Assembly: GCF_964204645.1 (NCBI RefSeq)
Contig: NC_134027.1
Span: 1,054,001-1,118,000, forward strand
Origin: Tubulanus polymorphus
Taxonomy: Eukaryota > Animalia > Nemertea
Reading direction: 5' to 3'
DNA length: 64,000 nucleotides
The position numbers and the translations under genes were made by a program. Positions 13,246 to 25,905 of this stretch are shown one piece after another; positions within the stretch are counted from its first letter, which is position 1, and each line of letters opens with the position of its first letter. The notes beneath the pieces are model-generated. The model saw only the letters and a list, made by a program, of their open reading frames with translations, was not told where the DNA came from and did no database searches.

Positions 13246-15485
13246 GCGCTTCTTTATTTCACGGGACTTTGTAAGTTGCCCCAAGTCTTTTTCTTTTTTT
13301 AATATTTCAGATTGTGATGAGGGGTTGGCCTATTCGGTGATATTGATTTGAAGATGAAATAATTTAGTGGATAATGAATTTAGGAAAAAAGGTTACAGCA
13401 CCACTGACCCATGTTTAAAACCTACAGAAATATTTCGGATGATGGATGTAATTTCAGAGGGTATAATTTGAAACGCCAATAAGAGCAGCCCCAAATTGTG
13501 ATCGGTAGTGTGAGTGAGTGAACCCTGTGATGGCTCTCATTTAATTACGAATCTTTTCAATTCTTATTCAATTCTTTTTATTCGTTTTTCTTGGTTTCAG
13601 TTGGTTTTCCTTTTAATCAGTACACATCTCTCCTCGGAATAAAACTGTATTCTAGCCGCTGTCGCTGTTTAATTGTAAAATTCTCGTGTACAGAACTGAG
13701 CCCCACAGATAACATGGAGACCTTTTGTCGTACACGCGACAAACTGGTTTCTATCAGAACAATCCAAAACTGACCTTTTTGGTCAATCTATAGATTTCGC
13801 AGAGGGGTCTGTGTAGGGATTATTCCGGTTCGTATTGAGTATGATCTATCAGAGACCAGAGTCACAAAAAACGGTTTTTCTTTATGACAGAGATGATGGA
13901 GAGGGGGATGGAGATGACGGTGATGGTGATGATAGTACCGGAGCAATCCAAAACTGAATAACATTTCAACACCATCACTACAATTTCACCTCAGTCAAAA
14001 TTAATCTACGATTATAATTAATGCAATTCAAGACTTCATTGTTTTCAATATATTTCGATTCATTATCGATTGGCGAGAAGAGTTAACAATTCTGTCTGGT
14101 TGATACTGGCTGAATCAAACAGGCTTGATGGTCGCTGTTGTGTTTGCCTTCTTCGCTCCTGCAAAAATATAAGATGATGCGGCTTCGTTAGAAAAGTCGT
14201 TACCCATTTTATTATTACAACTTATTTTGCATCAGTTATATTGATTCGAAACGTCGTAATACTCTGTCGGTGAGAGTAATCATCTGAACTCAAATGCAAG
14301 GTCAAAATGAGTTTGGTAGAAGTTACTTTTTCTCGGAGGAAAAAAGTCAAAGTCCTTTATTTTAGTCTTCTTAAAAGTAATTGAATCCAAGAAATACGTA
14401 AACACCCATAGTTGATGATTAAACCATTACTTTTCTGACAGAAAATAAATGGTCTTCATCTTGTGGGTTTACATATTAACTCTGAGTAAACTAATCAGTC
14501 TACTAATGGTTAGTCATACCTACATTATATTATGCAGTACATTATCCAGGAAACAATCGACTTCGTCTTGTTTTAAATCCGAGTTTGAGTTTTTCAGTTT
14601 CACCGATGGCTCAGACTCGTTCCAACGGGTGACCATTGACGAAAACAATCGTTTCATTTCACATTTCAAATATGAAATCCACATTATAAACGTGACAATC
14701 ATCTTTGGACGGAACCCGGCGGTTGATGATCGTTACCATGGAAAAAGCCAGTCGCTGGGTAGCCTTCATAGCTACTTAATCATAGTAACCACAATAGGGC
14801 GATGTGATTGTAATGGTGAACGTGTTTAATACAGGTTCCTTATCGTTCTTAATGCGTCAATATTTTCCGCCATAGCCTTGGTGGGATTGAAGTCACAATC
14901 AGTCATTGGTGAACCTTTGCCCTCCTCGTCAGCTGTGTGTAAGGGAGCAGCGAATAGACATCACGCAATCGTCTCCTGACGAACCCCTTCCGCCATCATT
15001 GGTGTCGTGTGACTGTGTGAATCAAACTGACTTTAAAGAATAACAAATCTAAAGCCATGATTCATTTTAACATTTAGATTCAGTGTCCAAGGTCAGTTGT
15101 GGCATCATTGAACCCGTTTTGTTACTTTTAACCCGTTGGAACCGAGTCGCAAAATTTGAATATTTAAATTTGCAGAAACAAATAGCAAGGCGACTGCAGG
15201 ATTCGAAGCCATTTACGATCACTTTATACGACGTCACCAAAAGACGAAATGATTCCCTTGGTTGGGGCATTTAATCCATACCTCAGTGGTATTGCTAATT
15301 ACCGGCCAAAAACTTTGCAACGAGCAGCTAATCATCATGAATTTAAAATAATCGCAAGATTGACACCTAATTCCGATAACGGTTATAGAATCAGAGATTA
15401 AAACCGCTTGATTCAAGCCGATTAGAAGAACTTAAAACCGATGGATTTTCATAGTTCAGAATTTCAGTAATCGTGATCTGACAAA

Positions 15486-16002
15486 ATGGCGGCCACGATG
15501 AAAGAGATCAGATTCGGCGGTAAAGCCGAGGCGAATCTGACTCGATTAAAGGTTACAAACGGTAGTAAAATCGCTAAAGGAATGATTCTAGCGCTGCTGG
15601 AACCGATGTATAAAGTAAAGAGTGACACAGTAGGTACGATCACACAGATACAAGCTAAAGTTGGCGACGTCATCTCACCGGGGTAAGTCAAAAAAGTCAA
15701 AAACATGCAAGATTATCGTTCCTTCGCGAATCGAAAAATCGATTCAAGCCCATTTTCGATAATGAGATAATGATCGGTAATATTCGAGAACCTGCCAAAA
15801 TTTATGTCTATTTATTTACGTGTGACAGAGAATAGATCATTTTTGGGGATATTTTGCTTAATCTTTTTTTTGAGACTCAATTTGGTCTGTGTCATTTGTG
15901 AAACTGTGTGTGCAGTCTAAATAAACCATCGTTTTTATCTCAATTTCATTCTATTGAAGGATTGCTAAAAAGACTTTTAAACCATGGACCAACTCGCCAG
16001 AC

Positions 16003-16041
<39 letters not shown>

Positions 16042-19000
16042 GAGTGATGATTTAACCCCTTCCTCAACAAGAGTAGTTTATTGATATATTTTCAGGCAGT
16101 CGTTGTTTGTTATTGAATCATGTGATCATCCGGTCGTAATGAAGGATATGTGCGCTGAATGTGGTGAGGATCTCAGACAGTAAGTCTCCACCGGTCGGCG
16201 GCTCACACCTCCCGCCCGGCCGGCATCTTCTCGACAATCGAAACATCTCGTCCTAGATTAACGAGAACTGAATTTATTTTGATCGTTTCAGGTTAAATGG
16301 TTTACCCGGTGATAGGAAGGAACAGGCTTCTGCATCGGTTGCTATGGTTCACAGCATCCCTGAACTGGTAGTCAGTGAAAAGGTGTGTATAGTCACTAGT
16401 TCTGTTGGACTATTTAAAACTAGTGCATTTTCTGAATGAGCAGACTGAATGAACTCATGAATATAGTTCTAGATCCACAGTTTATTAACTCTAATCGTGT
16501 TGCAACTGAAGATGATAATGAACCGAAGAGTCAAATTTAACCGATGATTGTAGAAACAACGGAGTTGAAATTAGAACTTTGAAACTGTGTGGGGTTAAAC
16601 TTGAACCGTCTTTTTGAGTGGGTGACCTGCAGGGGCTGCAGTTGCTCAAAAAGTGGTCAGAGTTAACTAGCGGATAAATGACATAGTGACAATTGAAAGT
16701 TCATTGTTACTATGGTATCTATCGGCCGGTTATCTTTTAACCAATTTTTGTGCAACTGACCCCTGAAGTTTTAAGGAGTTTGCGTTATATCGTTAAATGG
16801 TTAAGATCTGCTGATGTTTTTGTATACCACACAGTTTATGTGTTGTATTCTTCAGAATTGTTCAATTATGAATGTCTGTTTCTGTAGGAAGCTCTAGATA
16901 TCGGACATGAAGATGAAGTTCGTCTGTTGACGAATAAGAAACTGGTTTTACTCGTAGATTTAGATCAAACTCTTATTCACACGACAAATGATAATATACC
17001 GGCTAATCTGAAGGTAAAACTACTAGTGCGCCACCTGGTGATGAAAAATAATTACCAATGAACCTAACATCATTTCTGAATCCTAAATTGCCGTCCTAAA
17101 ACTCTTATAAATGTTATGACTGAGACTGATAACTGTGTATTTCAGGATGTCTTACATTTTCAACTGTGGCACGCCAATCAGAAACTGTGGTATCACACTA
17201 AATTCCGGCCGGGAACGACAAAATTTCTGCAAGAAATCTCGAAACTTTACGAGTTGCATATCTGTACATTCGGAGCTCGTATGTACGCGCATACTATCGC
17301 TGGATTAATGGATCCCGAAGGCAAATATTTCTCGCACCGTATTTTGTCACGGGATGAATGTTTCAGCGCTCACAGCAAGACGGCTAATCTCAGGTCAGAA
17401 ATACTCCAACACCCGGTTCCACAGTTCAAGCTTAAGATTTGACTCTCAAATAAAATCGATTCAAATTCAAATTCTGAGCATATTTATATGAAATTGATTT
17501 CTCGATTCAATTTCCATCAATTTGATGAAAATTCCATAATTCTCAGTGAAGTTAGATTCAACTTTGAACCCAGTTCCACAATTATAGTATAATAATCTAT
17601 ATAAAATTTCAGCTGAAAATTGTTTGAAATGAATATCTAAAACGGATAGTTGTGTTTGTGTATTGTAGGGCGTTATTTCCGTGTGGTGACGGAATGGTTT
17701 GTATAATTGATGACAGAGACGACGTCTGGAATTATGCACCGAATCTTCTACACGTGAAACCGTATCGATTCTTTAAAGGCACCGCAGACATCAACGCTCC
17801 GCCGGGTCTGTTAAAAACTGAGGAGAATACCGAGAAAACTGTCGAACCTCTCGGAGAACAGCATCATAACATGGAGGAGGATACAGTGGAGGGTGAAACC
17901 GTCGCAGGAGAACCACCAGCAGAGGGTAAACCGGTGGCAGGAGAACCACCAGCAGAGGGTGAACCAGTCGCAGGAGAACCACCAGCAGAGGGTAAACCAA
18001 TCGCAGGAGAACCACCAGCAGACGGTGAACCGGTGGCAGGAGAACCACCAGCAGAGGGTGAACCAGTTGCAGGAGAACCACCAGCAGAGGGTAAACCAGT
18101 CGCAGGAGAACCACCAGCAGAGGGTGAACCAGTCGCAGGAGAACCACCAGCAGAGGGTAAACCAGTCGCAGGAGAACCACCAGCAGAGGGTGAACCAGTC
18201 GCAGGAGAACCACCAGCAGAGGGTGAACCTTCAGAACCTGCTGATGGTGAACCGGTGGTGAGCAAAAATACTGAAAATACTGAAAGTAAAACAGCTGAAG
18301 TTGTGGAAGAAGAAAAGGAAAGTAAAAATTTGGAAACGGACACCAGTGAAGATGGTGTCACAAAATCAGAACCGACGCAGGGAGAAAACACTATAAACGC
18401 AGATGACGATAAAACAGTTGAAGCAAAGAAAAAAGTTAAAACTTCGGAAGGCGTTCAGATGATGGAAGCGGATACAAAATCGGAGGAGGCAACAAATGAG
18501 AAAAGAATAGATGAAAACACTTCGGCTCAAATAAAAGAAGACAATTCTAATGATTCAAGTCGCGCAAATGATGACGATTTAAAGGATGAAAATGATAGCA
18601 AAACGACGATGATCGAATGGGAAGATCCCGACGATTATTTGTTCTATTTAGAAGACATTTTGAAAAAGATTCACAAAGCGTTTTTCGACCTTCACGAAGA
18701 ACACAAACAACAAGCGAAATCGGAAAACATCGAACGTAAAGTTCCCGATCTGAAAAACATTATTCCATACGTGCGTCGTAAAATATTGAAGGGCGTAAAT
18801 ATTCTGTTCAGTGGTGTGATCCCTACGAATATGCCGGCCGAGAAACACCGAGCGTACCAGGCGGCCGTAGCTATGGGCGCGACGGTGCATTGTAGCCTGG
18901 TGCCGCGGTCCGGAGCGAACGACCCGCGAGCCACGACGCACGTCGTCGCGACGAAACCCGGAACCGAGAAAGTGTCGGCGGCGAAACGACTTAAACGAGT

Positions 19001-19856
19001 TCACATCGTTACCGTTGACTGGTTGTGGTGCTGCGCGTACCGCTGGGACTGGGTCAGCGAGGGTTTATTCCCGCTACTCGCGAGTGACACGAGGAACTCG
19101 GCGCTGTTTGAACTCGGTTGTTACAGCCCCGTCCCCGGTAAACTATCCTCGAAACGGAAAAAACCGTGCGACGACTCGACGGACTGCGACGCGGCGTCCG
19201 GGGAAAACCCGGTCGATAAACGACAGCGCAAAAATGACGAAGCGTTGTCGACGGCGACCGAATTCGAAGTCGGATTGTTGGATCCGTCGTCGTCGAACGT
19301 TACCGGTGGCGCCCTCTCGCGATGTACGGGTGAACTACGGCGTAGTATCGCCGATATGAACCCGATGAGCGCCCTCTCTATAGCTGACTTCGATAACGAC
19401 GAAATACGTGAACTACTCGACGACGATTCCTCCTCATCCGCATCAGAGGAGGACGAGGAGGAAAACAAGGATCAGACTCCGGATGACGCGTCGCTCCGAC
19501 GTAAAGTCCTCTCCGATGATCCGGACTCGGATTCCGATTCGGAATCGGAGAGTTTAAGCGGGGAATTCCCGCGCGGTTGGGACGCACGAAAAAACCAACG
19601 CAAAACGAAATGTGAATTTATCGATAATTCTAAACGAGACAATGAGAATGATGATGATGAAGAGGAGCGAGTTGATGATGATGATGAGAGCGATGATAAT
19701 CAGGATTACGCCGTGAGACGTAATCTGATTAAATTACCGTCGCTAGGTAACGATGGCAGCAGTAGCAGCGGAGAAAGCGACGCGTCTGGTGAATCTATCG
19801 GTTCCGTCGATGAGGAAATGGCAGCAGCTGTCGAACGTGAACTATTGAACTTATAA
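15486..19856 (+). CDS. CTDP1: RNA polymerase II subunit A C-terminal domain phosphatase (FCP1/CTDP1)
   Basis: Exons 15486-15682, 16096-16179, 16292-16382, 16888-17013, 17146-17393, 17669-19856 join in frame (~977 aa). Motifs: CDHPVVMKDMCAECG, catalytic LVDLDQTLIHTT, IIDDRDDVW, BRCT domain (ILFSGVIP...WLWCCAYRW), C-terminal DEEMAAAVERELL (RAP74-binding-like). Confidence 0.96.
16004..16040. repeat. (GA)n microsatellite in CTDP1 intron 1
   Basis: Direct sequence. Confidence 0.9.
16630..16765. mobile_element. MITE family A copy (~135 bp)
   Basis: TIRs cagggg...cagttgctcaaaa / tttttgtgcaactgacccctg; homologous copies at 20085 and 28902. Confidence 0.8.
17889..18218 (+). repeat. Coding 33-bp minisatellite, 10 copies (EG[K/E]PVAGEPPA)
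   Basis: In frame within CTDP1 exon 6. Confidence 0.95.
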
Positions 19857-20084
19857 TATTTATTAATTAATTAATACTAATTGATTATCAGTGTTCATTG
19901 AATGGTTAATCAATTATTGTTAATTGGTTTTGATTACCGGTAATCTTATTATTAGTAATAAGTTAATTAATAAAAACAAGTGTTTTGATACGTATTAGTA
20001 TTAATTGATATTGATTAATGTATGGCATTATCTAAATGGACGATTGATAATTGTTGATTGATATGAAGAGATATTTATTACAGC

Positions 20085-20217
20085 CAGGGGCCAGTTGCTC
20101 AAAAGTTGGTTAAAGATAACCGGCCGTTAAATACCATAGTAACAATGAAATTTCAATTGTCACCATATCAACCAACCACTGGTTAACTCCAACCAACTTT
20201 TGAGCAACCGGCCCCTG
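20085..20217. mobile_element. MITE family A copy
   Basis: caggggccagttgctcaaaagttgg ... ccaacttttgagcaaccggcccctg. Confidence 0.85.
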
Positions 20218-20920
20218 ATCTTTAACTCTCAGTACCAAGTACTGAAATCATATTTGAGTTAAATGTGAAAATTTGATTAATTTCATACTTTTATATTACA
20301 ATCAGGCAGGCCCCTAGTGGTCTGGTATTGGATTTTCCCACCAGTGCCCACGGGTCTGCAGAGTCCGGTGTATCTCGGATCATCACGTGCCCTCGACTGC
20401 TTGCCTCAGATCATTGTGTGCCCGTGACTCCGCTAGCTATGGAGCCATTGGCCTCAAATTATTTTAAAGATACTTTCAATGGGTCCTGCGCGATCTGAGG
20501 CAATCGCGCAGTCTACTATTTACATGTGGAATAGATTCAAGGAAAGTATGCCGAATTTTTCCTGGCGAAATCGAGAAATCTTCACTGAGAAATGTTGTTA
20601 ATAATGTTGTATTAAGTTACGTGCAAACATTGTTTTTGATACAATGTCATTGTTGATATTTTAAGGTTCTTTACTGGAGTTGTTGTTTAAACTCTGATCA
20701 AATAGAATAGAATTGCTCAAAATTTTGTATTGTTTAAAGTTGGAAAAGCTTCATTCGGCCTTTGTTTAAATGTTTCAGTCAACCTCAGTCAAGTTGTCAT
20801 CAAATAAGTCATCACATTGCTCAAGTCATTTCTATCTTCGAGTCTCAATTCAATTTACATGTACTAAATGTAAGTCATCATTTGGATAAGTTGTCACATT
20901 AGGGATGTCATCTCTATTAA

Positions 20921-21201
20921 CCCTTTCAGTGCATCTACACCGCAGTGTGGTGTATAAATCAGCGATAGATTTTGCTAGTACACCGCATTGCGGTGTATTG
21001 ATGTAATAAGTAATTATCTCTCTTGAAAAATGGCAGCACCTGTCAAACATAGTGAAATATTAGTAACTAACGATACACCGCACCGCGGTGTAGACGCACT
21101 ATAGCGGTATTCCCGTTATTCAACACACTGGGGTGGAATTTTTAGAAATTTTCAAATTATTTCCAGCACTATAGGGTATTAATTAGTCGGCACTGAAAGG
21201 G
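20921..21201. mobile_element. piggyBac-type MITE
   Basis: TTAA on both sides; perfect 12-bp TIRs CCCTTTCAGTGC/GCACTGAAAGGG; internal acaccgca-n-gcggtgt repeats. Confidence 0.85.
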
Positions 21202-22679
21202 TTAATGGTTGTCATGGTTGTTAAGGGTTGTATTTCTAATTCAATTATTCTAAGTGTAATTCATCATTGGAATAAATCATCATCACAACTATGACTGACG
21301 ACTTGAAGTGAGTCTTACTGAATATTAAGGCATTCATATATCAACTGTGTAACCACCCGGTTGTCAGTTTTATGATTGTGAGGTCTGATTCCTGTGTATA
21401 TATTTTAGATGTCTATAATCATTGAGTTTATGAATTAATGAATTTAGTGTTTTGATCAGGGCTTAGTTTGTTAATTAAGTATTTTATGAAATGCACAAAT
21501 AATTTTCAAGTGCTGGACACCTCTCTCTCTTTCCCTAAACGTACAAAATGTTTGCATGAATGCTTCTTATTTGTAAATGAATGTAGATTTAAAGGATTTC
21601 ATGCTAGATACAGAACCACAGTTGTCGGTTAAGATTAGATAGTGTTACATATTACATCGTAAATGAAATGCAGACAACCTCTTGATATACTGAGCCCACT
21701 GCGGTGATTAATTAAGGACTTTGCCGATGATTTTGGGGCAACTTCTCAGAAAAAAACGAGTCAAATTTAATCGACATCGTGGAACTGTGTCTCATTTCTT
21801 GCAATCTCTGGTTGTAGATAGTTAATGTAAATATCCCAGTATTGAATCTGCAGCCACTATTATGTACCTGGTTGTACGAACTTGTTTGTAGTAGTTGAAA
21901 TGTTTGGGAGATTAATTTTTATAAGGAATAAATAAATACAGAAAATCCGAGATGTTTTGAACTGGAAAAAATAAAGAATTCTTTTATTTCAAATTTTAAC
22001 TTCCTTCAGAAAACCCCCCAAAGGCATCACTCTGATTACAAAACTATACCTGACTCGTCAACAAATGGAATGGCCGTCTCCACGCGGAACTATGACGTCA
22101 TTAGCCTGGTGATAGATCATTACCGTACTAGCCGACAAGATGGTATGGTTGCCTCCATGAGGTATCTATGACATGCTAATGATGCCCCAAACGCCCCGGT
22201 TCTGCTGCCCATGGTATGGCAACAGAGTCTGTAGTCCCTGCGAAAATTCAAGAGAGCACTCTGCTGCATTTGCTATCTCAACTGAGGATTGTCAATTTCT
22301 GCAGCAACACCGCTGAGACCCGGCCGCGTGGTAGATTTCAGTTAACGTTTTCAGTTTTGGCCTGAAGCTCGGACAGCACTGCCAAAGTGTGGTAGATTTG
22401 AACCGGGAGCTTCTTCTATAAGAGATAATAAAATTAAACACGTCATCGAGATGATTAAGTTAGTGTATCTCAGCCATTCCGCTAGGCCGTATATGTATCC
22501 GGTAAACGGTCATTTCCCCAATCAAAACTATTTGACGTTTACCCAATCTGTGTCAAAAAATTTCCAAAACCAGTACCAAGACAAATCGTAAATTATGATG
22601 ACAAATGTTTGAAAAATGACCTGCTAAGCATCCCCCAATCAGCTAATTAAAACTATCAACACCTCATCCTGGCCTCGGC

Positions 22680-22856
22680 TCAGCAGGATGTTATAATTTT
22701 CACTGAAACCATCGGCACAAATGCTGTCAAATTGCACCATTCTCCTGAGGAATTTTCAAAATTATCGACTTTCGGTCGCTCGTCGCTAGTCGCAGTCTCT
22801 TCATCATTACGTTTTGTCAGCCGCCCCCCTTTGAAAAATCCTAGATCCGCCCCTGA
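22680..22856 (-). mobile_element. Fragment of a non-autonomous DNA transposon (CAGGGGCGGATCTAGG-type end)
   Basis: The minus strand begins caggggcggatctaggatttttcaaagggggg; a similar end lies at ~50766 (cagggcggatccag). The second terminus is not clear. Confidence 0.45.
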
Positions 22857-23763
22857 AGAGATTCCATTGTACGATGTTTCAATGAGCGTGGACGACATTG
22901 AGATTACATTCACGCCAAGTGGCGCTACACCCTGTGACGATCAGTCGATAGTGAGTTTCTAGTTGCCACAGATGAACATGACGCCTCATGTTCTCTGTCG
23001 GAAAAATTTCTAGAAAAGTCGCTTCATTCGATTCGAAGGAAGCATTGATCGGTAACAAAAACATCTCAGTTCTATTTTTAGATGTAGACTTTTTATCATA
23101 TCCCTTGTGACAAGCGTCACTCACTGCTTAAGAACAAATATATATGATATTGAATATACGATAAAACATGATAAAAATTGTCCTAGGTCTTCACCCTCCT
23201 TCGCGATAAACTTATCACCAGGTTCGACTTCCTGCCGAAGGGGAATTCAGGTGCCTTAGACTGCCAAAATGCCAATGATACCCGGCCATGCCCTCGTTAA
23301 TAACGACCAAACCAGGCCAACACAAACAACTGAGCTTTGATGTATCTCTCCGTGGCCCGAATCCTTCATGGACTATAGTATATGGCGATGGTGGGTTCTG
23401 GAACTCGAATCAATCTAACAGCCACATCGCTCAAAGGCCGCACCGGCAAGCGGGGGTCCCCCTTGATCTCAGACTTGATTGATTGGGCAAGAATGCCCGA
23501 GAAAGCAGGGTCCAGATGGACACGAGACCCCTAAAGGGGAAACTATCCACAAACGAAATTACCCTATATATAGTTCCACCCCCTGTTACACATTCTCATA
23601 CAATGACTTAATCGATATTCAGAAGACTCCGAGGTTGACATCTGTACGTCTTTGTTTGCGTCTGGAATCTGTTGCTCCGTTCTTCTTTGTAATGGGCTAT
23701 ACGTCATCAGGCCCGATTTAACGCCGGCAGTCAGCGCGTACTGTTTAAATTAAAGAAATTTGG

Positions 23764-25314
23764 ATGTTAGAAATGTCGCGATTTATCGGACTCGTACGTC
23801 ACCTGTCCAAAACGAGGGCGATTGCGCGAATCACACGAATGCTAAGCGGTTCTTTTCATCCATTGATCGTGTTTAAAATGGGCTTTTTGACGATAGTAAT
23901 TCTTGTCGTGAGTAGTTTCATATTTCACAATCAGAGTCGATATACTTACCAGAGTCGGTGTCTAGGCGGTGACTATAAAACAGAGACCGATGCGGGCGCA
24001 AACCCTCCTAATCGCGTTAGCGAATTCGCCAGGCGGTATATCTGTGAAGGACTTTTCAAAGGGGATCGGGTGTCGATACGTAAGGCAATGAGCTACATGG
24101 ATCTTTGCCCGATGAAACCTGTAACTGACTTGAAATATTATCGAATACTGTCGAATTTAAGCTGTGCCGAATTCATAGCAAAAATGGTTACTTTACGTCG
24201 CCAACATCGTTAGAAGAGGCGAATTTCCCACTCGCCTACGGAATATTAGTACATAAGGATTTCGAGCAGTTTGAGCGCGTGTTTAGAGCGGTTTACATGC
24301 CTCAGAATTACTATTGCATCCACGTCGATAAGAAAAGTCCCGTCGCGTTCTATAAAGCCATTGTCAAATTAACCGATTGTTTCGAAAACGCTTACGTTGT
24401 CGGAACACGCGAAGACGTACGCTGGGGGGGAGTTTAGTTTGTTGACAGCGGAACTAACTTGCGCTAGAAGTCTTCTGAAATATAGAAATTGGAAATACTA
24501 CATAAATCTTACCGGGTTCGAGTTTCCACTTGTCAGTAACCGTCAACTTGTCAGAGTATTCAAAGCGTATAATGGATCGAATGATATAAATGTGCAGGAA
24601 CCTAATAAACAATGGTAAAAAAAACTGTCCCTGTTCCCTGTTCCTGCACCTGCCCCTGTCCCTGTTCCCTACCCCTGTCCCCGTATTGCAGTAGGACATC
24701 ATCAAAATCTTATAGCCCCACAATAACATAAGCGTCTACAAACATTTCCTTTTTAGTTAAAGCACAAATTGTCTTAAATTTTGAAAACTTTTAGATTTTA
24801 GGCTTTTAAACTTTTAGGATTAAAATTAATCGGAAAAAATATCCACGATCCATTTCAAATACTGCACACTAGCACACCTGGTGTATCCTCACTAACCACA
24901 AGTGGAATCCTCGATTGCCACCGCAGATTGCAGTATCTCGGAAACATCCATATGAAATCATCTGTGACCTTTTTTACAGGAGACCCGAAAGAAAAGAGTT
25001 ATCAATACGAAGCCAGATATAAAAACTGGATGAAAGTTCAACCTAAATACATGGGTGGAAAGAGGATTAAATGTGTTCGATGGAGGAACGATATTTGCAT
25101 CCCGGGAGTTAGTGATATGGTCAACTTCATGCGTCCAAACAATACGAAACTTTTTCTGAATAAAGTTTTTCAGAATTTCCAGTATTTGACGTACGATTGT
25201 TTGGAGGATTATCAACGCAATCTGACGATCCAATCAACTTCAACTAATTTCACTTTCGATGATTCGTATTATCGGAATTTAAAATTTGTGAAGAATAAAC
25301 GCGATTGTCATTGA
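23764..25314 (+). pseudogene. Core-2/I-branching beta-1,6-N-acetylglucosaminyltransferase (GT14, GCNT-like) pseudogene
   Basis: Type II TM N-terminus; EEANFPLAYGILVHKD...YMPQNYYCIHVDKKS and WKYYINLTGFEFPL motifs; last exon from 24980 (CVRWRNDICIPG...LFLNK...YDCL). Frameshifts at ~24180 (A run) and ~24424 (G run). The middle exon is reduced to a PHNNISVYK remnant (24716-24742). Confidence 0.8.
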
Positions 25315-25572
25315 CTGTACAAAAATTGACGTTGACTAAAGTATCACGGCACCATTAGAGAGGGCGATCATTACATCCTAATAGGTTTCAGTTTTCTGAC
25401 TCGAACACTTCAATGTCCAGCAAATGAAATATTTCTATTTTTCTCTAGATTTTAAAACGTTCGAAATAACGTCTTAACATCTATAGAAAAATACAAATAT
25501 TTGTAGGAAGTAGATTGTCAAAACGATCGAGATTTTATGAACCAAAGAATAAATTGAGTTTATAGTTTAGCA

Positions 25573-25905
25573 CATCCTCCCCCGGCAGGGATTCGAACCT
25601 GATGGCATCGAGATTGCACGAAACCCTGCCATAATCGACCGTGTGCGCAGATACATGCGCAGTTCAGATGATGTGATTTTTAGCCAATCAGAAATCCCGT
25701 TTTATTTTAGCCCGGGTTTTCCCATTTATAGTTCTTCCTTGAAATTTGCCTCAACGATTATACAACGAGCAATCTGATTGGTGCCGCCAGTTTTCGTTCG
25801 GAAAGCTGCGCATGTACCTGCGCACCCGGTCTACTGATGCAGGGGTTCGTGCCGTGGCTGAGTGTAGCGATGCCATCAGGTTCGAGTCCCTGCAGAGGGA
25901 GGATG
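25573..25905. mobile_element. Palindromic MITE-like element with ~125-bp inverted arms
   Basis: catcctcc...gcagggattcgaacctgatggcatcg mirrors cgatgccatcaggttcgagtccctgc...ggaggatg. Confidence 0.75.

Noticed and set aside
17791-18391. Antisense and alternative-frame ORFs over the CTDP1 repeat
   Set aside because: By-products of the stop-free 33-bp repeat.
24180-24430. Programmed ribosomal frameshifting in the GCNT-like gene
   Set aside because: No canonical slippery heptamer with stimulatory structure, and the downstream catalytic segment is missing anyway.
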